A DNA stretch of 64,000 nucleotides, taken from the NCBI GenBank assembly GCA_018304175.1, contig JAGVWT010000002.1:564-64563 (forward strand). The letters are read 5' to 3'. The translations under genes and the position numbers were made by a program. The stretch is from Candidatus Pacearchaeota archaeon. Its GTDB lineage: Archaea > Nanobdellota > Nanobdellia > Pacearchaeales > GW2011-AR1. Shown in pieces: positions 1-10,525 of the stretch. Numbering within the stretch: the stretch's first letter is position 1; each line of letters begins with the position of its first letter. The notes beneath the pieces were generated by a model that was not told the origin of the DNA, ran no database searches, and worked only from the letters and a program-made list of their open reading frames with translations.

Positions 1-1
1 A

Positions 2-454
2 AAGAAATTAAGGAAAGTATTTATAATAGTTATTATTAGTTTAGGAATCTTATCTTTTCTTCTATATGTTCCAAATAACAATGAGATTGATGAAGAGTAT
101 ATACAAAAACATCTAAAAGAAGATGCAGAAAAGAATTTTAATGAGATTGTAGAGAGAAATTTGATAGAGTTATATGGGTATGATATTATTTCTGTGAGTT
201 TTATTGGAGATAAGAAAATTGGAAATGGGTGGGTTTCTGTAACTATGAAGTCTCTTGGTAATAGAGAAGACCAGTTATTAAATGGATTGTCAATGTTGGT
301 TTCTGTTTCTAATACTGCTGGATTTAATGTTGAAAGTTATAATGTGAATATACTCTCTCCTACAGAAGAATGTAATTATTATGTAAGTAAGGCTAGTTGG
401 GAGGATTATATTAAAAATTATCAAGAAATTGAATATACTGGAAGTTGTTATTAA
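2..454 (+). CDS. hypothetical membrane-anchored protein, 5'-truncated by the window edge
   Basis: Frame of listed ORF 161..454 stays open back to nt 2 and encodes a hydrophobic helix (VFIIVIISLGILSFLLYV) upstream of the listed TTG. No family motif recognised. Confidence 0.45.
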   Translation, partial: KKLRKVFIIVIISLGILSFLLYVPNNNEIDEEYIQKHLKEDAEKNFNEIVERNLIELYGYDIISVSFIGDKKIGNGWVSVTMKSLGNREDQLLNGLSMLVSVSNTAGFNVESYNVNILSPTEECNYYVSKASWEDYIKNYQEIEYTGSCY

Positions 455-491
455 GGGAAAAATATAAAATTGAAGAATTCTTAAAAAATTA

Positions 492-1148
492 ATGAAAGAA
501 ACAAAGGAAAAGAAAATAAGAGAATGGGGAGTTCTTCTGTTAGCAATAGCAACACTTACATCAACTATTTATTTTGGTATTATAACATATGACTTACAAC
601 AAAAAACTACCCCAACAATAATACCCAACATACAAATAAGCCTTCTTGATAAACCTTTTTATGCCACATATAACTTAGTAAGGGTGGTTCACGATACATC
701 TGAAGAAGATTTTGATGTCAGTAAAGACGCTTTAAATTTTAAAATAACTAACTTAGGTCAGAAAGATGCAGGTTACCTGAATTTTTATGTTAAAGACCTT
801 GAGGAAGAATATGGGTTTACTCCTAGCCATATTGAAAATTTACAAAGATTCAATAACAGCTTTTTTCAGATTCCTTTTTGGAACAGGGCTTGCAATGATG
901 TAGTTTTGGACACAAAAGATAAAAATCAAAGTTATAACGTTGCTTATGAAGGTTGTAGAGAAATTAGAGAAAATTTAAATATAGGAATAAAAAATTTATT
1001 GCTTAGGGTAGATTGTCCTTTTTGTTTTGATAAGAACAGCCAATGTTACCCATTCAAAATATGTATTTATTCTTCAAATAGCACTTTTTGTGGAAATAAA
1101 GGAGATTATTTTGACTTAAAACCAGAAAGTTGTCCAGAGGATTGGTAA
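492..1148 (+). CDS. hypothetical protein, N-terminal TM anchor, Cys-rich C-terminal region
   Basis: 218-aa ORF with one N-terminal hydrophobic helix (WGVLLLAIATLTSTIYFGIITY) and multiple Cys near the C-terminus. No known motif. Confidence 0.5.
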   Translation: MKETKEKKIREWGVLLLAIATLTSTIYFGIITYDLQQKTTPTIIPNIQISLLDKPFYATYNLVRVVHDTSEEDFDVSKDALNFKITNLGQKDAGYLNFYVKDLEEEYGFTPSHIENLQRFNNSFFQIPFWNRACNDVVLDTKDKNQSYNVAYEGCREIRENLNIGIKNLLLRVDCPFCFDKNSQCYPFKICIYSSNSTFCGNKGDYFDLKPESCPEDW

Positions 1149-1149
1149 A

Positions 1150-1632
1150 ATGAAAAAAGAAGAAATTATGTTAGTAGAATATCAAAAGGCACAAGATTCA
1201 GCAGAGCACCATAATAACATTATGTGGACTCTCATATACATAGGGATAGGTCTCTCTCTATTTATTTTATATAAATTTTATACTGAAAATTATCCATTAG
1301 AAGAAGAAATGTTAATCTTTGGGATGGTTATTTTATCTTATTTTAGTTTTATAATATATCAATCAAACTTAAACAAATTTCTAAAATATGGGATTTGTAA
1401 AGAAATAGAGAAAAAACATAAAAAATATTTCTTAGGTCAACACACTAAAACTGGTTCAAGAGTTTTATCTTATTTTTTCCTTAATGTAATAATCTCTACT
1501 CTTCTCTACACTTATATTCTTTCTTTACCTCAAAAATACGTTTCTTTTATTTATGTAGGCTGGTTTTTTATAATTCTTCAAATATTTTATGTTATTGAAT
1601 ATACCATAGTTACGACAAGGAAGAAGAGATAA
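1150..1632 (+). CDS. hypothetical multi-pass membrane protein
   Basis: 160-aa ORF starting 2 nt after the upstream stop, with 3-4 hydrophobic segments. Confidence 0.5.
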   Translation: MKKEEIMLVEYQKAQDSAEHHNNIMWTLIYIGIGLSLFILYKFYTENYPLEEEMLIFGMVILSYFSFIIYQSNLNKFLKYGICKEIEKKHKKYFLGQHTKTGSRVLSYFFLNVIISTLLYTYILSLPQKYVSFIYVGWFFIILQIFYVIEYTIVTTRKKR

Positions 1633-1785
1633 ATTTATATATAGGCTGTTCTTTTATAATTTATCCTAATAAAATAGGGCGTTTAACAAATTCTGTTTGC
1701 TCGGTCGGGGCGTTTCGTAAAAAATAATTTATGGAAAAAGTTAAAAGTAAAAAATTCTTACATTAATAATAAATTTTTAGGAAAT

Positions 1786-2037
1786 ATGAACAAATCCACA
1801 ATTACAGGAAGTATAAACGCAAAAGCATTTGAGTTGCTTGAACAGTATTCAGAGGGTCTACGTTGGTCAGAACTGCTCTCAAAAATTAAGGCATCGTATC
1901 CCAATTTTCATCCGAAAACAATCAACGGATGCGTCTGGAAACTTGTCGAAAGATTTCCTGATAAAGTTTACAAACCATCTAAAGGACTTTTCCGTTTGCT
2001 GAAATATAAACCCAAAAGCAAAAATAAATCTACATAA
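1786..2037 (+). CDS. small winged-helix-like DNA-binding protein (tentative)
   Basis: 83 aa. The pattern LRWSELLSKIK...TINGCVWKLVERFPDKVYKPSKGLFRL resembles Mrr_N-type wHTH domains. Weak, by-eye call only. Confidence 0.35.
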   Translation: MNKSTITGSINAKAFELLEQYSEGLRWSELLSKIKASYPNFHPKTINGCVWKLVERFPDKVYKPSKGLFRLLKYKPKSKNKST

Positions 2038-2264
2038 CTTTCTTTATGTCTGCTAGTGTTTCTGTTGTGGTGTCTAACCAAACGAAAACTTAACAATCTC
2101 TCTAACCAACAGTCTTATAAAGCATGAGTTTAATCATATTATATATCAGTAGAAGATAACAGATAAATGTTAGTAAGTCTTGAGCAGTAAAATGTTTTAG
2201 TGACTTACGCTCAAGAATATTTCTTGAATTGATTTGTTAGTTGTCATTATTGACTAAGTTTTAA

Positions 2265-3479
2265 ATGGAAAAATTCATAAAACTAGGATTAAGCACAGAG
2301 TTAATAGACGTGTTGAAGCAATCTGGTTTCAAAGAGCCGTCTGAAATTCAGGAGAAAGCAATACCTCTGGCATTAGCTGGAAAAGATATTATTGGAGGTT
2401 CTGCAACAGGAAGCGGAAAAACCCTTGCCTTTGCTTCTGCAATTATTGAAAACCTAAAACCAAATAGAGAAATTCAGGCATTAATATTAACTCCCACGAG
2501 AGAGCTTGCAGAACAAGTAGCGACTTCAATAAGACATTTTTCTAAAAATAAAAAACTTAATACAACTGCTGTTTATGGAGGGGTAAGTATTGGAAATCAG
2601 ATTAAACAACTCTACACAACAGATATTCTTGTTGGAACACCTGGAAGAATTATAGATCACATAAACAGAAAAACGTTAAAATTAGATGGTATTAAATTTC
2701 TTGTTTTAGATGAAGTAGACAGAATGTTTGATATGGGTTTTAGAAGAGATGTTGAAAAAATAATCAATTATTGTCCGAGAGAAAGGCAGACCATGATGTT
2801 TTCGGCCACAGTTTCCCAAGACATTGATTATTTGTCTAAAAAATATACAAAAAATCCTGTGGAAATATCTGTATCTTCTTATGTTGATCCATCAAAGTTG
2901 AAACAGGTTTATTATGATGTTTCAGACCATAAAAAGTTTTCATTACTTGTCGGTTTGCTAAAGACTGAAAATGCAGATTTAGTTATGGTCTTTTGTGGCA
3001 CAAGAAGAAACGCTGATTTTATTGCGAATAATTTAGTAAGAGCAGGGATACAAGCAAGTGTTATTCATGGTGGTGTTGAACAGAAAAAAAGAATAAAGGT
3101 TCTCGACGAGTTTCATAAAAAGGGCACTGGAGTTTTAGTTTGTACAGATGTTGCTGCTCGTGGTTTGGACATCAAAGGAGTAAGCCATGTATACAACTAT
3201 GATGCTCCGCCTGATTTAAAGGATTATATCCATAGAATTGGAAGAACTGCTCGTGCTGGGAAGGAGGGAAAAGCGATAACTATTTTAGCCAGAAAAGACT
3301 ATGAAAAATTTGGAAACTTATTGCGTTCCGAAGAGATTAAGATAACTCTTGAAGAATTGCCTAAATTTGAAATTGTCCAAATAAAAACGAATTTCAGAAA
3401 GAATAATAATTGGTTTAATAAATCTCCTGGAAGAAAAAATTATGGTGGAAACAGGAGAAATTGGTCAAGACGAAGGTAG
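2265..3479 (+). CDS. DEAD-box ATP-dependent RNA helicase
   Basis: Motif I GSATGSGKT, Ia PTRELA, Ib TPGR, II DEVD, III SAT, VI HRIGRTARAG. Basic R/G/N-rich C-terminal tail. Confidence 0.93.
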   Translation: MEKFIKLGLSTELIDVLKQSGFKEPSEIQEKAIPLALAGKDIIGGSATGSGKTLAFASAIIENLKPNREIQALILTPTRELAEQVATSIRHFSKNKKLNTTAVYGGVSIGNQIKQLYTTDILVGTPGRIIDHINRKTLKLDGIKFLVLDEVDRMFDMGFRRDVEKIINYCPRERQTMMFSATVSQDIDYLSKKYTKNPVEISVSSYVDPSKLKQVYYDVSDHKKFSLLVGLLKTENADLVMVFCGTRRNADFIANNLVRAGIQASVIHGGVEQKKRIKVLDEFHKKGTGVLVCTDVAARGLDIKGVSHVYNYDAPPDLKDYIHRIGRTARAGKEGKAITILARKDYEKFGNLLRSEEIKITLEELPKFEIVQIKTNFRKNNNWFNKSPGRKNYGGNRRNWSRRR

Positions 3480-3530
3480 ATAATTTTAATTTAATGCTTA
3501 ACAGCCTGTTGTTTGAAATCAACATACTTT

Positions 3531-3632
3531 CTTAAAAATCTCTCACTTCAAAGTCGTTCGAATTTGATATAACTGTTAATGTAAAAATTTATTTTTAATT
3601 AAAAGTTTTGAACGTTACTTTTTCAAAGTTGC
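3531..3632. repeat. intergenic palindromic repeat family R, copy A
   Basis: cttaaaaatctctcacttcaaagtcgttcgaatttgatataactgttaatgtaaaaattt is near-identical to 14245..14300. The right arm aaagttttgaacg is an inverted copy of cgttcgaattt. Confidence 0.55.
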
Positions 3633-3690
3633 TGTATTTTTAGAAAACATATTCTCTAAAAGCCAAACTCTTTTTGTAGCATACATTTGA

Positions 3691-4191
3691 TTACTTAACC
3701 CTTTTGACAATATCAAAGATGGATTTTTTTTCGAAAGTGCTGATTTTCATTTCAGGTAAATCAATAACAACTTTAAGAAGCCCGAGCATTGAAATGAAAA
3801 CCGTGCAAATCAGGAAATCTTTTCCTCTTGATTTTTGCAGTGAGATTATTATTTTTTGAATTTTGCTTTTAACATTGTTTTTTTCCATCTCACCTAAGAT
3901 AATATTTTCAACTTCTGTAAAATCAACGTCTTGCACTGAAATTTCTCTTGGAAATTCTTTGTCAAAATTTTGGAGCTGAACAACTTTTACATCTCCATTT
4001 TCAAACTGAAAACTGAACATTTCTCCTTTGCCCTGAATACAATAATCAAGGTGCTGTTTGTCTCCGTTGTTTTTTTCCTCCCTATCTATCACAAAAAAAC
4101 CAGAACACAAATATGCTCCTTTATTCTCCTTCATGAAATTTTTAAACTCTTTTGAATTGGAAAGTTTTTCAATGTAAAATTTAAGGTTCAT
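3691..4191 (-). CDS. hypothetical protein
   Basis: 166-aa ORF with no recognisable motif. The antisense ORF 3970..4155 is judged a shadow. Confidence 0.45.
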   Translation of the reverse strand: MNLKFYIEKLSNSKEFKNFMKENKGAYLCSGFFVIDREEKNNGDKQHLDYCIQGKGEMFSFQFENGDVKVVQLQNFDKEFPREISVQDVDFTEVENIILGEMEKNNVKSKIQKIIISLQKSRGKDFLICTVFISMLGLLKVVIDLPEMKISTFEKKSIFDIVKRVK

Positions 4192-4313
4192 TCTTTGTTT
4201 TTAATTTCCCCTTTTTATTGGTCTATAAAACATTTATTTGCCATCTTTTTATTTATTGTTGTATTCTTATATTCTATTTTGTATAATATTCAAACAATCA
4301 GACTGTTTGTTTG

Positions 4314-6032
4314 TTACTTTTTATTTTCTATTTCCTCTTTTAATGTCATGGTGAAGTCGTTAATGTTAAGCGTCTGAATCTTATTATCTCCTTTAACTCT
4401 TACAGCAAGGTTTTTTTCCTTTTCTTCTTTATCACCGACGACAATTATGTATGGGATTCTCATGATTTCTGCATCTTTTACTTTTCCTGGAATTGGGATG
4501 CTTTTGAAATCAGCGTCAATTCTTAAATTAGGGATTTTTTCAGCGAGCTGTTTTATTACTTCTTTGGAATATTTTGTGTTTTTATCCGTGAAGCTCAAGA
4601 CACGGACTTGAATTGGTGCAAGCCATGTTGGAAGCCTTCCGTTTGTGTGCTCTAAAAGAATACCAATAAATCTTTCCAATGAACCATAGATTACCCTGTG
4701 GATTACAATCGGGGTTTTCTCCTTTCCGGTTTTATCAATATATTTAAGTTTGAATCTTAACGGTATTTGCATGTCTAATTGTATTGTCCCCATTTGCCAT
4801 TCTCTTCCGAGAGAGTCTTTCATAAGGATATCAACTTTTGGCCCGTAAAAAGCTCCATCACCTTCTTCAATCTTGAATTTTTTCCCAGATTTTATCAAAA
4901 CTTCCTTGAGTATTTTTTCAGCTTTGTCCCACAGCTTTTTGTCGCCCATAAACTTTTTCGGTCTTGTTCCAAGCCTGAACGAATAGTCCATCTTGAAAAC
5001 TCCATAAAATTTTTCACAGATTTCAAAAATATCTTCATACTCGCTTTTAATCATGTCTTCTGTTATGAAGTTATGTGAGTCATCTTGTTGAAAAGACCTA
5101 ACTCTCAACAACCCATTCAGAGTTCCTGAAAGCTCGTATCTGTGCAGTTTGTCAGTGTCAGATAATCTTAACGGCAAATCTTTGTAACTTCTTGTTTTTG
5201 ACCTGAAAATTACCATGGCGTTTGGACAGTTCATTGCTTTTAAACCATAATCTCCTTCGTCGGTTTTTGATATGAACATGTTTTCTTTGTAATGTGTCCA
5301 ATGCCCGGAAATCTTGTACAACGAACTTTTATTTATCAACGGTGTTATAGTTTCTTCATAACCTCTCTTAGAGTGAAATTCTCTCCAGAATTTAATCAAC
5401 TCATTGTAAATTTTTGTTCCGTTCGGAAGCCAGTAAGGCATTCCCGGAGATGACTGATTCAACAAAAACAATTCCATCTGCTGTCCTATAATTCTGTGGT
5501 CATTGCTTTTCAATTTTGAAGTATCTAATGGAGATTGCTTTATTTCATGCAAAAATTCTTCTGGGTTGTATTCTTCTTTTTCAGGCTTCTTTGAATTCGA
5601 CGAGTCAATGCTAATCTCCCTACTCAATTCTGAAAGAGGATGACCTTTGACTTTCAGTTCAAATTCTTTGTAATATCCGAAAGGTGCCCTTGTGACCTTC
5701 AAGCTTTTTGTTTTTCCCAATTCTTTCTCAGCTGTCTCCAGGATTTTAATTGCTATGTCGGGAGAAGCCAGATTTTTTGACAAATGTGCGTAAGGATACA
5801 AAACTATGTTTTTCGCTTTAACTTGTTCTGCGATGTCCTTGATATTTTTGACCAGCTCTTTGGCAACTTCATTTACATCAGTATCATTTTTTTCTACAGA
5901 AGTTAAAATAGCCAAAGCATCTTTCACTTCAGAAGGTTTTCTTTCTTTTTCAGTCAAATCGGCGATGTTTTTCAGTGCTTTTTTCAGTGGTTTGAACCTG
6001 ATGTATTCCGTGTGTAGTGCGAGAATCTTCAT
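4314..6032 (-). CDS. thrS: threonyl-tRNA synthetase, archaeal type
   Basis: Class II aaRS core (HRYELSGTLNGLLRVRSFQQDD, GAFYGPK, VIHRVIYGSLERFIG), C-terminal anticodon-binding domain, and an N-terminal domain of the archaeal editing type. Confidence 0.93.
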   Translation of the reverse strand: MKILALHTEYIRFKPLKKALKNIADLTEKERKPSEVKDALAILTSVEKNDTDVNEVAKELVKNIKDIAEQVKAKNIVLYPYAHLSKNLASPDIAIKILETAEKELGKTKSLKVTRAPFGYYKEFELKVKGHPLSELSREISIDSSNSKKPEKEEYNPEEFLHEIKQSPLDTSKLKSNDHRIIGQQMELFLLNQSSPGMPYWLPNGTKIYNELIKFWREFHSKRGYEETITPLINKSSLYKISGHWTHYKENMFISKTDEGDYGLKAMNCPNAMVIFRSKTRSYKDLPLRLSDTDKLHRYELSGTLNGLLRVRSFQQDDSHNFITEDMIKSEYEDIFEICEKFYGVFKMDYSFRLGTRPKKFMGDKKLWDKAEKILKEVLIKSGKKFKIEEGDGAFYGPKVDILMKDSLGREWQMGTIQLDMQIPLRFKLKYIDKTGKEKTPIVIHRVIYGSLERFIGILLEHTNGRLPTWLAPIQVRVLSFTDKNTKYSKEVIKQLAEKIPNLRIDADFKSIPIPGKVKDAEIMRIPYIIVVGDKEEKEKNLAVRVKGDNKIQTLNINDFTMTLKEEIENKK

Positions 6033-6072
6033 AAAGTAAAAATAGCAAGGAGATTTATAAAATTAGTGCTTG

Positions 6073-6348
6073 TTACATAAACTTAATTTGTTTTACTTCT
6101 TCAAAAATTCTCTCAGCGTATTGCCAACCTTTGCCAAGAAGTATGTAACTAAAATTGTCCTTATTGTTTAACTTTTTTGCTGCATATCCATTAGCAGAGA
6201 GGTAACTAATACCTCCTAAACAATTTATTTTTACAAATTCAATTGAAGGAATTTCTTTATCCGCGCTTTGAGTCAGCAGAACCAATGCTCCCAAGATTGC
6301 TCGGCTCTTTTCTAATTCAATATCTTCAAGTGCACTCATAAAAAACAT
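6073..6348 (-). CDS. hypothetical protein
   Basis: 91-aa ORF between thrS and trpS on the same strand. No motif. Confidence 0.35.
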   Translation of the reverse strand: MFFMSALEDIELEKSRAILGALVLLTQSADKEIPSIEFVKINCLGGISYLSANGYAAKKLNNKDNFSYILLGKGWQYAERIFEEVKQIKFM

Positions 6349-6383
6349 AGAAATTATTGATTAATAAATATTTATGTTCTCAA

Positions 6384-7529
6384 TCACCACTTCAAAAACT
6401 TTTTTACTTGTTTTTTCGCTAGAGTTTTCTTTTTCTGATGTTCTTTGAGAAACATGTTAATTTTTTCAATTAAAATCTCTTTTAGTTCGCTTGTCAAGAG
6501 TTTTCCTGATTTGTAATTGTCATGAATTTTTTGCAACTTTTTGTCGTCGGGCTCGAAGAGCATTTTCAGATATTGATATGAAATGTCTTTTTCAGGAACA
6601 CCTCCGTGTTTTCTGTGTTCTGCTACTGTATCTCTTCCTCCTGAAAAAGCATATTTTTTGATTTTTGCTTCGACTTCATTTGGAGAATCTGAAGTTAATA
6701 TTGCACTCGCTGATTCAGATGATGACATTTTGCTGTTCATTCCTGAAAGAGGTGGGAGAAACAAGCATTGAATGCTTGCAGGTTTGTAATAGCCGAGTTT
6801 TGGTAAAATGTCTCTTGTTAACCTAAAGTGTGGGTCTTGGTCAATTGCATGAGGGATTAGGCAAGGAATATTCCTACTTTTTAACACGCTTGGAAGAAAC
6901 GCCGGAACTGCCTGCATTGAAGTGTAAAAAATGCTCCCAATATTTGACTGCTCATTCATTCCGAATGAAGATTTCACCATGGAGAAAGTTATCTTTTTTG
7001 CGACTTTACATGCTTCTTTATACATCAAATTTGCATGCATTGTATCAACTAAAAAGCGGGTTTTTTTTGGGTCGAAGCCTAAGGCTATGACATCTAATAT
7101 GTTATCATTTAAGTATTCTTGAGCTTTTTCAAAACTTAAACCTTGTTTGAACAGGAATTTTTCTTCGTCGGGAAATTGAAACCACAATTCAGCGTTGAAT
7201 TTGTCCTGAAGCCACTTTGTAAAAATCCATGGCATTAAATGGCCTAAATGAACTGGTCCTGAAGGAGCTCGTCCTGTGTAGAGGAAAAATTTTTCCCCTT
7301 TTTCATATTGATTAAGAACCCAGTTTAAATCCCTGTGGGCAAAGAAAACGCCTCTTCGCAACATAAAATGCAGTTCTTTCGTGTGTTTTTTTATTTTTTC
7401 AAGAATTTGCTCGTTTATTTTCTCAACTCCAAAATCCCTGATAAGCTTTTCATAATCAACTTCTCCATGAACTTCCCATGGCGTAACCCTAAAATGTTCA
7501 CCATTCTTTTTTTCAATATTCATTCCCAA
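6384..7529 (-). CDS. trpS: tryptophanyl-tRNA synthetase, archaeal/eukaryal type
   Basis: Class I aaRS with HIGH-type signature PSGPVHLGHL and a KMSSS loop. Length and layout fit archaeal TrpRS. Confidence 0.88.
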   Translation of the reverse strand: MGMNIEKKNGEHFRVTPWEVHGEVDYEKLIRDFGVEKINEQILEKIKKHTKELHFMLRRGVFFAHRDLNWVLNQYEKGEKFFLYTGRAPSGPVHLGHLMPWIFTKWLQDKFNAELWFQFPDEEKFLFKQGLSFEKAQEYLNDNILDVIALGFDPKKTRFLVDTMHANLMYKEACKVAKKITFSMVKSSFGMNEQSNIGSIFYTSMQAVPAFLPSVLKSRNIPCLIPHAIDQDPHFRLTRDILPKLGYYKPASIQCLFLPPLSGMNSKMSSSESASAILTSDSPNEVEAKIKKYAFSGGRDTVAEHRKHGGVPEKDISYQYLKMLFEPDDKKLQKIHDNYKSGKLLTSELKEILIEKINMFLKEHQKKKTLAKKQVKKFLKW

Positions 7530-7613
7530 ACAAAGTTAGTGATATTTTTAAACTTTACAGAATTGGAAGAAAAATGTAACAAATTTTATAAACAAGTTTT
7601 ATGTTAATAATTT

Positions 7614-9662
7614 ATGAAAAAGTGGGTGTTTGTCTTCATTTGCATGGTTTTTATTGCGTCGGTTGTATCAGCAGAAATAATTCTTAATCAGCAGCCAAAT
7701 GAAATTTATAATCTTGGTGAAAGGATAAATATTCCTATTACAGTTACTTCAAGCATCGGAATTTATGATTTTATGAAAACAGAACTAATTTGTGACGGGC
7801 TTTTAAGGGAATTACCTAAAGAAGAAATTGTTTTACCAGCAAATGAAGTTGTGAAAATTGAAAAATCAGTTTTGTTGATAAAAAGATTCACAGAAGAAGT
7901 GAAAGGAACCTGTCAAATAAAAATCTCATTTGAAAACAAACCTGAAGAATACGTTTTATCTGACAAGTTTATAATTTCTGATTCTGTGATTGTTAAGCTT
8001 GACACGACTCAGTTGGAATACAATCCTGAAGAAAAAATTGTTTTGGAAGGAACAACAACAAGGGAAAATGGCGTTGCTGTAAATGGATTTGTTGAAGTTA
8101 CAGTTGTAGCTGAAAATTCAGAGAATAAAACATTCCAGAATACCGTAAGCAACGGATTTTTCTCTATTGATTTTTCAATGCCGAAAGAGACAAAGGCAGG
8201 ACAATATTTTATCAAGATAAATGTCTATGAAAAAGATCCTCTTGGAGAAATTTCTAATACTGGCTTTTTAGATATTAATATCTTAATCAAACAAGTTCCA
8301 ACAACATTGGAGATATTTTTTGAGTCAACAGAAGTTGCTCCTGAAGAAAATGTGAGGGTGAAATCTATTTTACATGACCAAACTGGCGAGAAGATTCCGG
8401 GAGTTGCAATCATGAGTATAAGAAATTCAGAAAACAAGACTATAGAACAATTAGAAAAACAAACTGATGAATTTTTTGAATATCTGATAAAGTATAACGA
8501 GAAGCCTTCAGAATGGTCTGTTGTTTCTATTTCAAGTGGTTTAACAGCGACGACAAAATTTAAAATAATGGAAAATGAAGATGTTGATGTTGAAATCGTT
8601 AATAGCACTTTGATTCTCACAAATAAAGGGAATGTGCCTTACAACAAAACAACTTTAGTTAAAATTGGAGAGAGCACCTTGGAGATTTATCCTTATTTAG
8701 AAGTTGACGAAGTAAAAAAATATAGCATAAGCGCGCCTGACGGAGAATATGTTTTGGAAGTATTGGTTGACGGAGAAAATAAAATCTCAAAAAACACTCT
8801 GCTGACTGGAGATGCAATTAACTTAAAAGAAATATCCAACAACACAGTAATTACTTTTGTGCAACATCCAATTGTGTGGATTTTCGTAATTTTTATTTTG
8901 GGATTTGTTTCATACATAATTTTTAGGAGGAGTTATAGAAAGAGTTATACTGGTTACGTTCCCGGATCTCCTAAAGGAAAAATTAATAACGTAGTAGATA
9001 CTATGACGGCGATGACTCCACTGCAAAAAAATCTCATGATTGAGCCCAAGAATAAAGCAGAGTTGTCATTCTCGTTAAAAGGGGAGAAACAAAATTCAAG
9101 TGTTATCTGTTTGAAGATAAAAAATTACAGCAGAATTAACATGAAAGATCAAAATATAAAAACATTTTTTAATGAAGTAGACGAAATTGCAAGGGAAAAC
9201 AAGGCAGCGCTTTATGAAAACCAAGATTGTGTATTTTTGATATTTTCTCCTATTATAACAAAGACATTCAAGAATGAGAGAAAAGCTGCTGAAGTCGCTG
9301 AAAAAATCAAAAGAATTCTTGAGGAACATAACAAACTTTACAGAGAAAAAATAAACTTTGGAATTTCGGTTAATGTTGGTGATATAATTGCAAAAATGGA
9401 TAAGGGTGTTTTGCAGTTCATGAGTTTGGGTAATTTTATAACAGCTCCAAAAAAACTTTCTTCCATTTCAGATGGTGAGATTTACATAAGCGAGAAAGTA
9501 AAAGAAAGATTAATTTCTGATGCCAAAACAGAGAGGCATGAGAAAGATGGAGTTGTCTTTTACACAATAAAAGAATTTAGGATAAGGGAAGACCATGGGA
9601 AATTTATAGGCAATTTCTTAAGGAGACTTGAAAGCGATAAGAAGGATGTAAAGAGTAACTGA
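7614..9662 (+). CDS. single-pass membrane receptor-like protein: large extracellular region, TM helix, cytoplasmic degenerate class III nucleotidyl-cyclase-like domain
   Basis: Signal/TM at the N-terminus and a second TM (IVWIFVIFILGFVSYIIF). The C-terminal ~190 aa follow the cyclase-homology secondary pattern (SVICLKIKNY..., QDCVFLIF, INFGISVNVGDIIAKM, GNFITAPKKLSSISDGEIYISEKV) but lack the first metal-binding Asp. Confidence 0.55.
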   Translation: MKKWVFVFICMVFIASVVSAEIILNQQPNEIYNLGERINIPITVTSSIGIYDFMKTELICDGLLRELPKEEIVLPANEVVKIEKSVLLIKRFTEEVKGTCQIKISFENKPEEYVLSDKFIISDSVIVKLDTTQLEYNPEEKIVLEGTTTRENGVAVNGFVEVTVVAENSENKTFQNTVSNGFFSIDFSMPKETKAGQYFIKINVYEKDPLGEISNTGFLDINILIKQVPTTLEIFFESTEVAPEENVRVKSILHDQTGEKIPGVAIMSIRNSENKTIEQLEKQTDEFFEYLIKYNEKPSEWSVVSISSGLTATTKFKIMENEDVDVEIVNSTLILTNKGNVPYNKTTLVKIGESTLEIYPYLEVDEVKKYSISAPDGEYVLEVLVDGENKISKNTLLTGDAINLKEISNNTVITFVQHPIVWIFVIFILGFVSYIIFRRSYRKSYTGYVPGSPKGKINNVVDTMTAMTPLQKNLMIEPKNKAELSFSLKGEKQNSSVICLKIKNYSRINMKDQNIKTFFNEVDEIARENKAALYENQDCVFLIFSPIITKTFKNERKAAEVAEKIKRILEEHNKLYREKINFGISVNVGDIIAKMDKGVLQFMSLGNFITAPKKLSSISDGEIYISEKVKERLISDAKTERHEKDGVVFYTIKEFRIREDHGKFIGNFLRRLESDKKDVKSN

Positions 9663-9664
9663 AT

Positions 9665-10483
9665 CTATTTTTTCTTTTTCTTGAATTGAGTGGTTTTTTC
9701 TGATTTTGATTTTTCATCTCTGATTTTTTCTATAATTGTTTTTCCTATATTAAAGAATTTTGTCGCTAAGCCGATTATTATCAAGAATATCCCAACAAAC
9801 AATAATATCATTAAAACCGTGTTTGACGTGGAGAGCATTATTGAAATAAACTTCACAAAAATATCACTGAGTATTTGTATCTCTCCAAATAGATTTTTTC
9901 CAAGAAAAAGCACAAAACTATCAATCTTTGTAAGGGGAAGAACAGAGATTATTAAGATTGAGCCAATAATTATCAGGAAATTTCCTTTATTTTCAAAAAG
10001 GAAAAACATTATTCCTGCCAACAAAATAGCAACAAAAAATGATATGTAGAATTTTCCTTTCCAGTATTCTTTTGCATGTTCTGAGATAATAAAGAAAGGA
10101 TATTGGTATTTTTCAAAACATTCAACAAAGCCACATTCATATTCACTGTAGTAAACTTCTTCTACTATTTGTTTTGCTTCATATTCAATGAAAGCTTCTT
10201 CTCCTTGAGCAACAATATTGCACGGAACATCAAAAACAAAATCATCCTGTGTAAAAACAAAGTTTGCGTCTTGGTTTATTGCACAATACTGTTCTGCTAA
10301 TGCAAGATAAGAAGATATTTGTTCATTGCCTTCTGTGAGGTCTTTCGCAAAAGAAACAATTTCCGGCTGAACATTTTCATAATCAAGCGACAAATACAAA
10401 ACTAAAAAGAAATTCATTGCGATTAATGAAGCCAACAATAAAATTCCTAAAAAGATTTTTCCTATACCTCTTATAATCCCCAT
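9665..10483 (-). CDS. hypothetical multi-pass membrane protein
   Basis: 272-aa ORF with an N-terminal TM and 3-4 C-terminal TM segments. Lys-rich tail. Confidence 0.5.
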   Translation of the reverse strand: MGIIRGIGKIFLGILLLASLIAMNFFLVLYLSLDYENVQPEIVSFAKDLTEGNEQISSYLALAEQYCAINQDANFVFTQDDFVFDVPCNIVAQGEEAFIEYEAKQIVEEVYYSEYECGFVECFEKYQYPFFIISEHAKEYWKGKFYISFFVAILLAGIMFFLFENKGNFLIIIGSILIISVLPLTKIDSFVLFLGKNLFGEIQILSDIFVKFISIMLSTSNTVLMILLFVGIFLIIIGLATKFFNIGKTIIEKIRDEKSKSEKTTQFKKKKK

Positions 10484-10525
10484 ATTTGGAAGAAGAATTA
10501 TTTGTTTATAAAATTACTTGAAACT

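Noticed and set aside
2173-2216. Swapped complementary blocks gtaagtc-ttgagc ... gacttac-gctcaa upstream of the DEAD-box helicase, considered as an alternative-hairpin riboswitch or thermosensor.
   Set aside because: The two stems are each only 6-7 bp and are mutually exclusive. I have no conservation evidence, so this is too weak to report as a finding.
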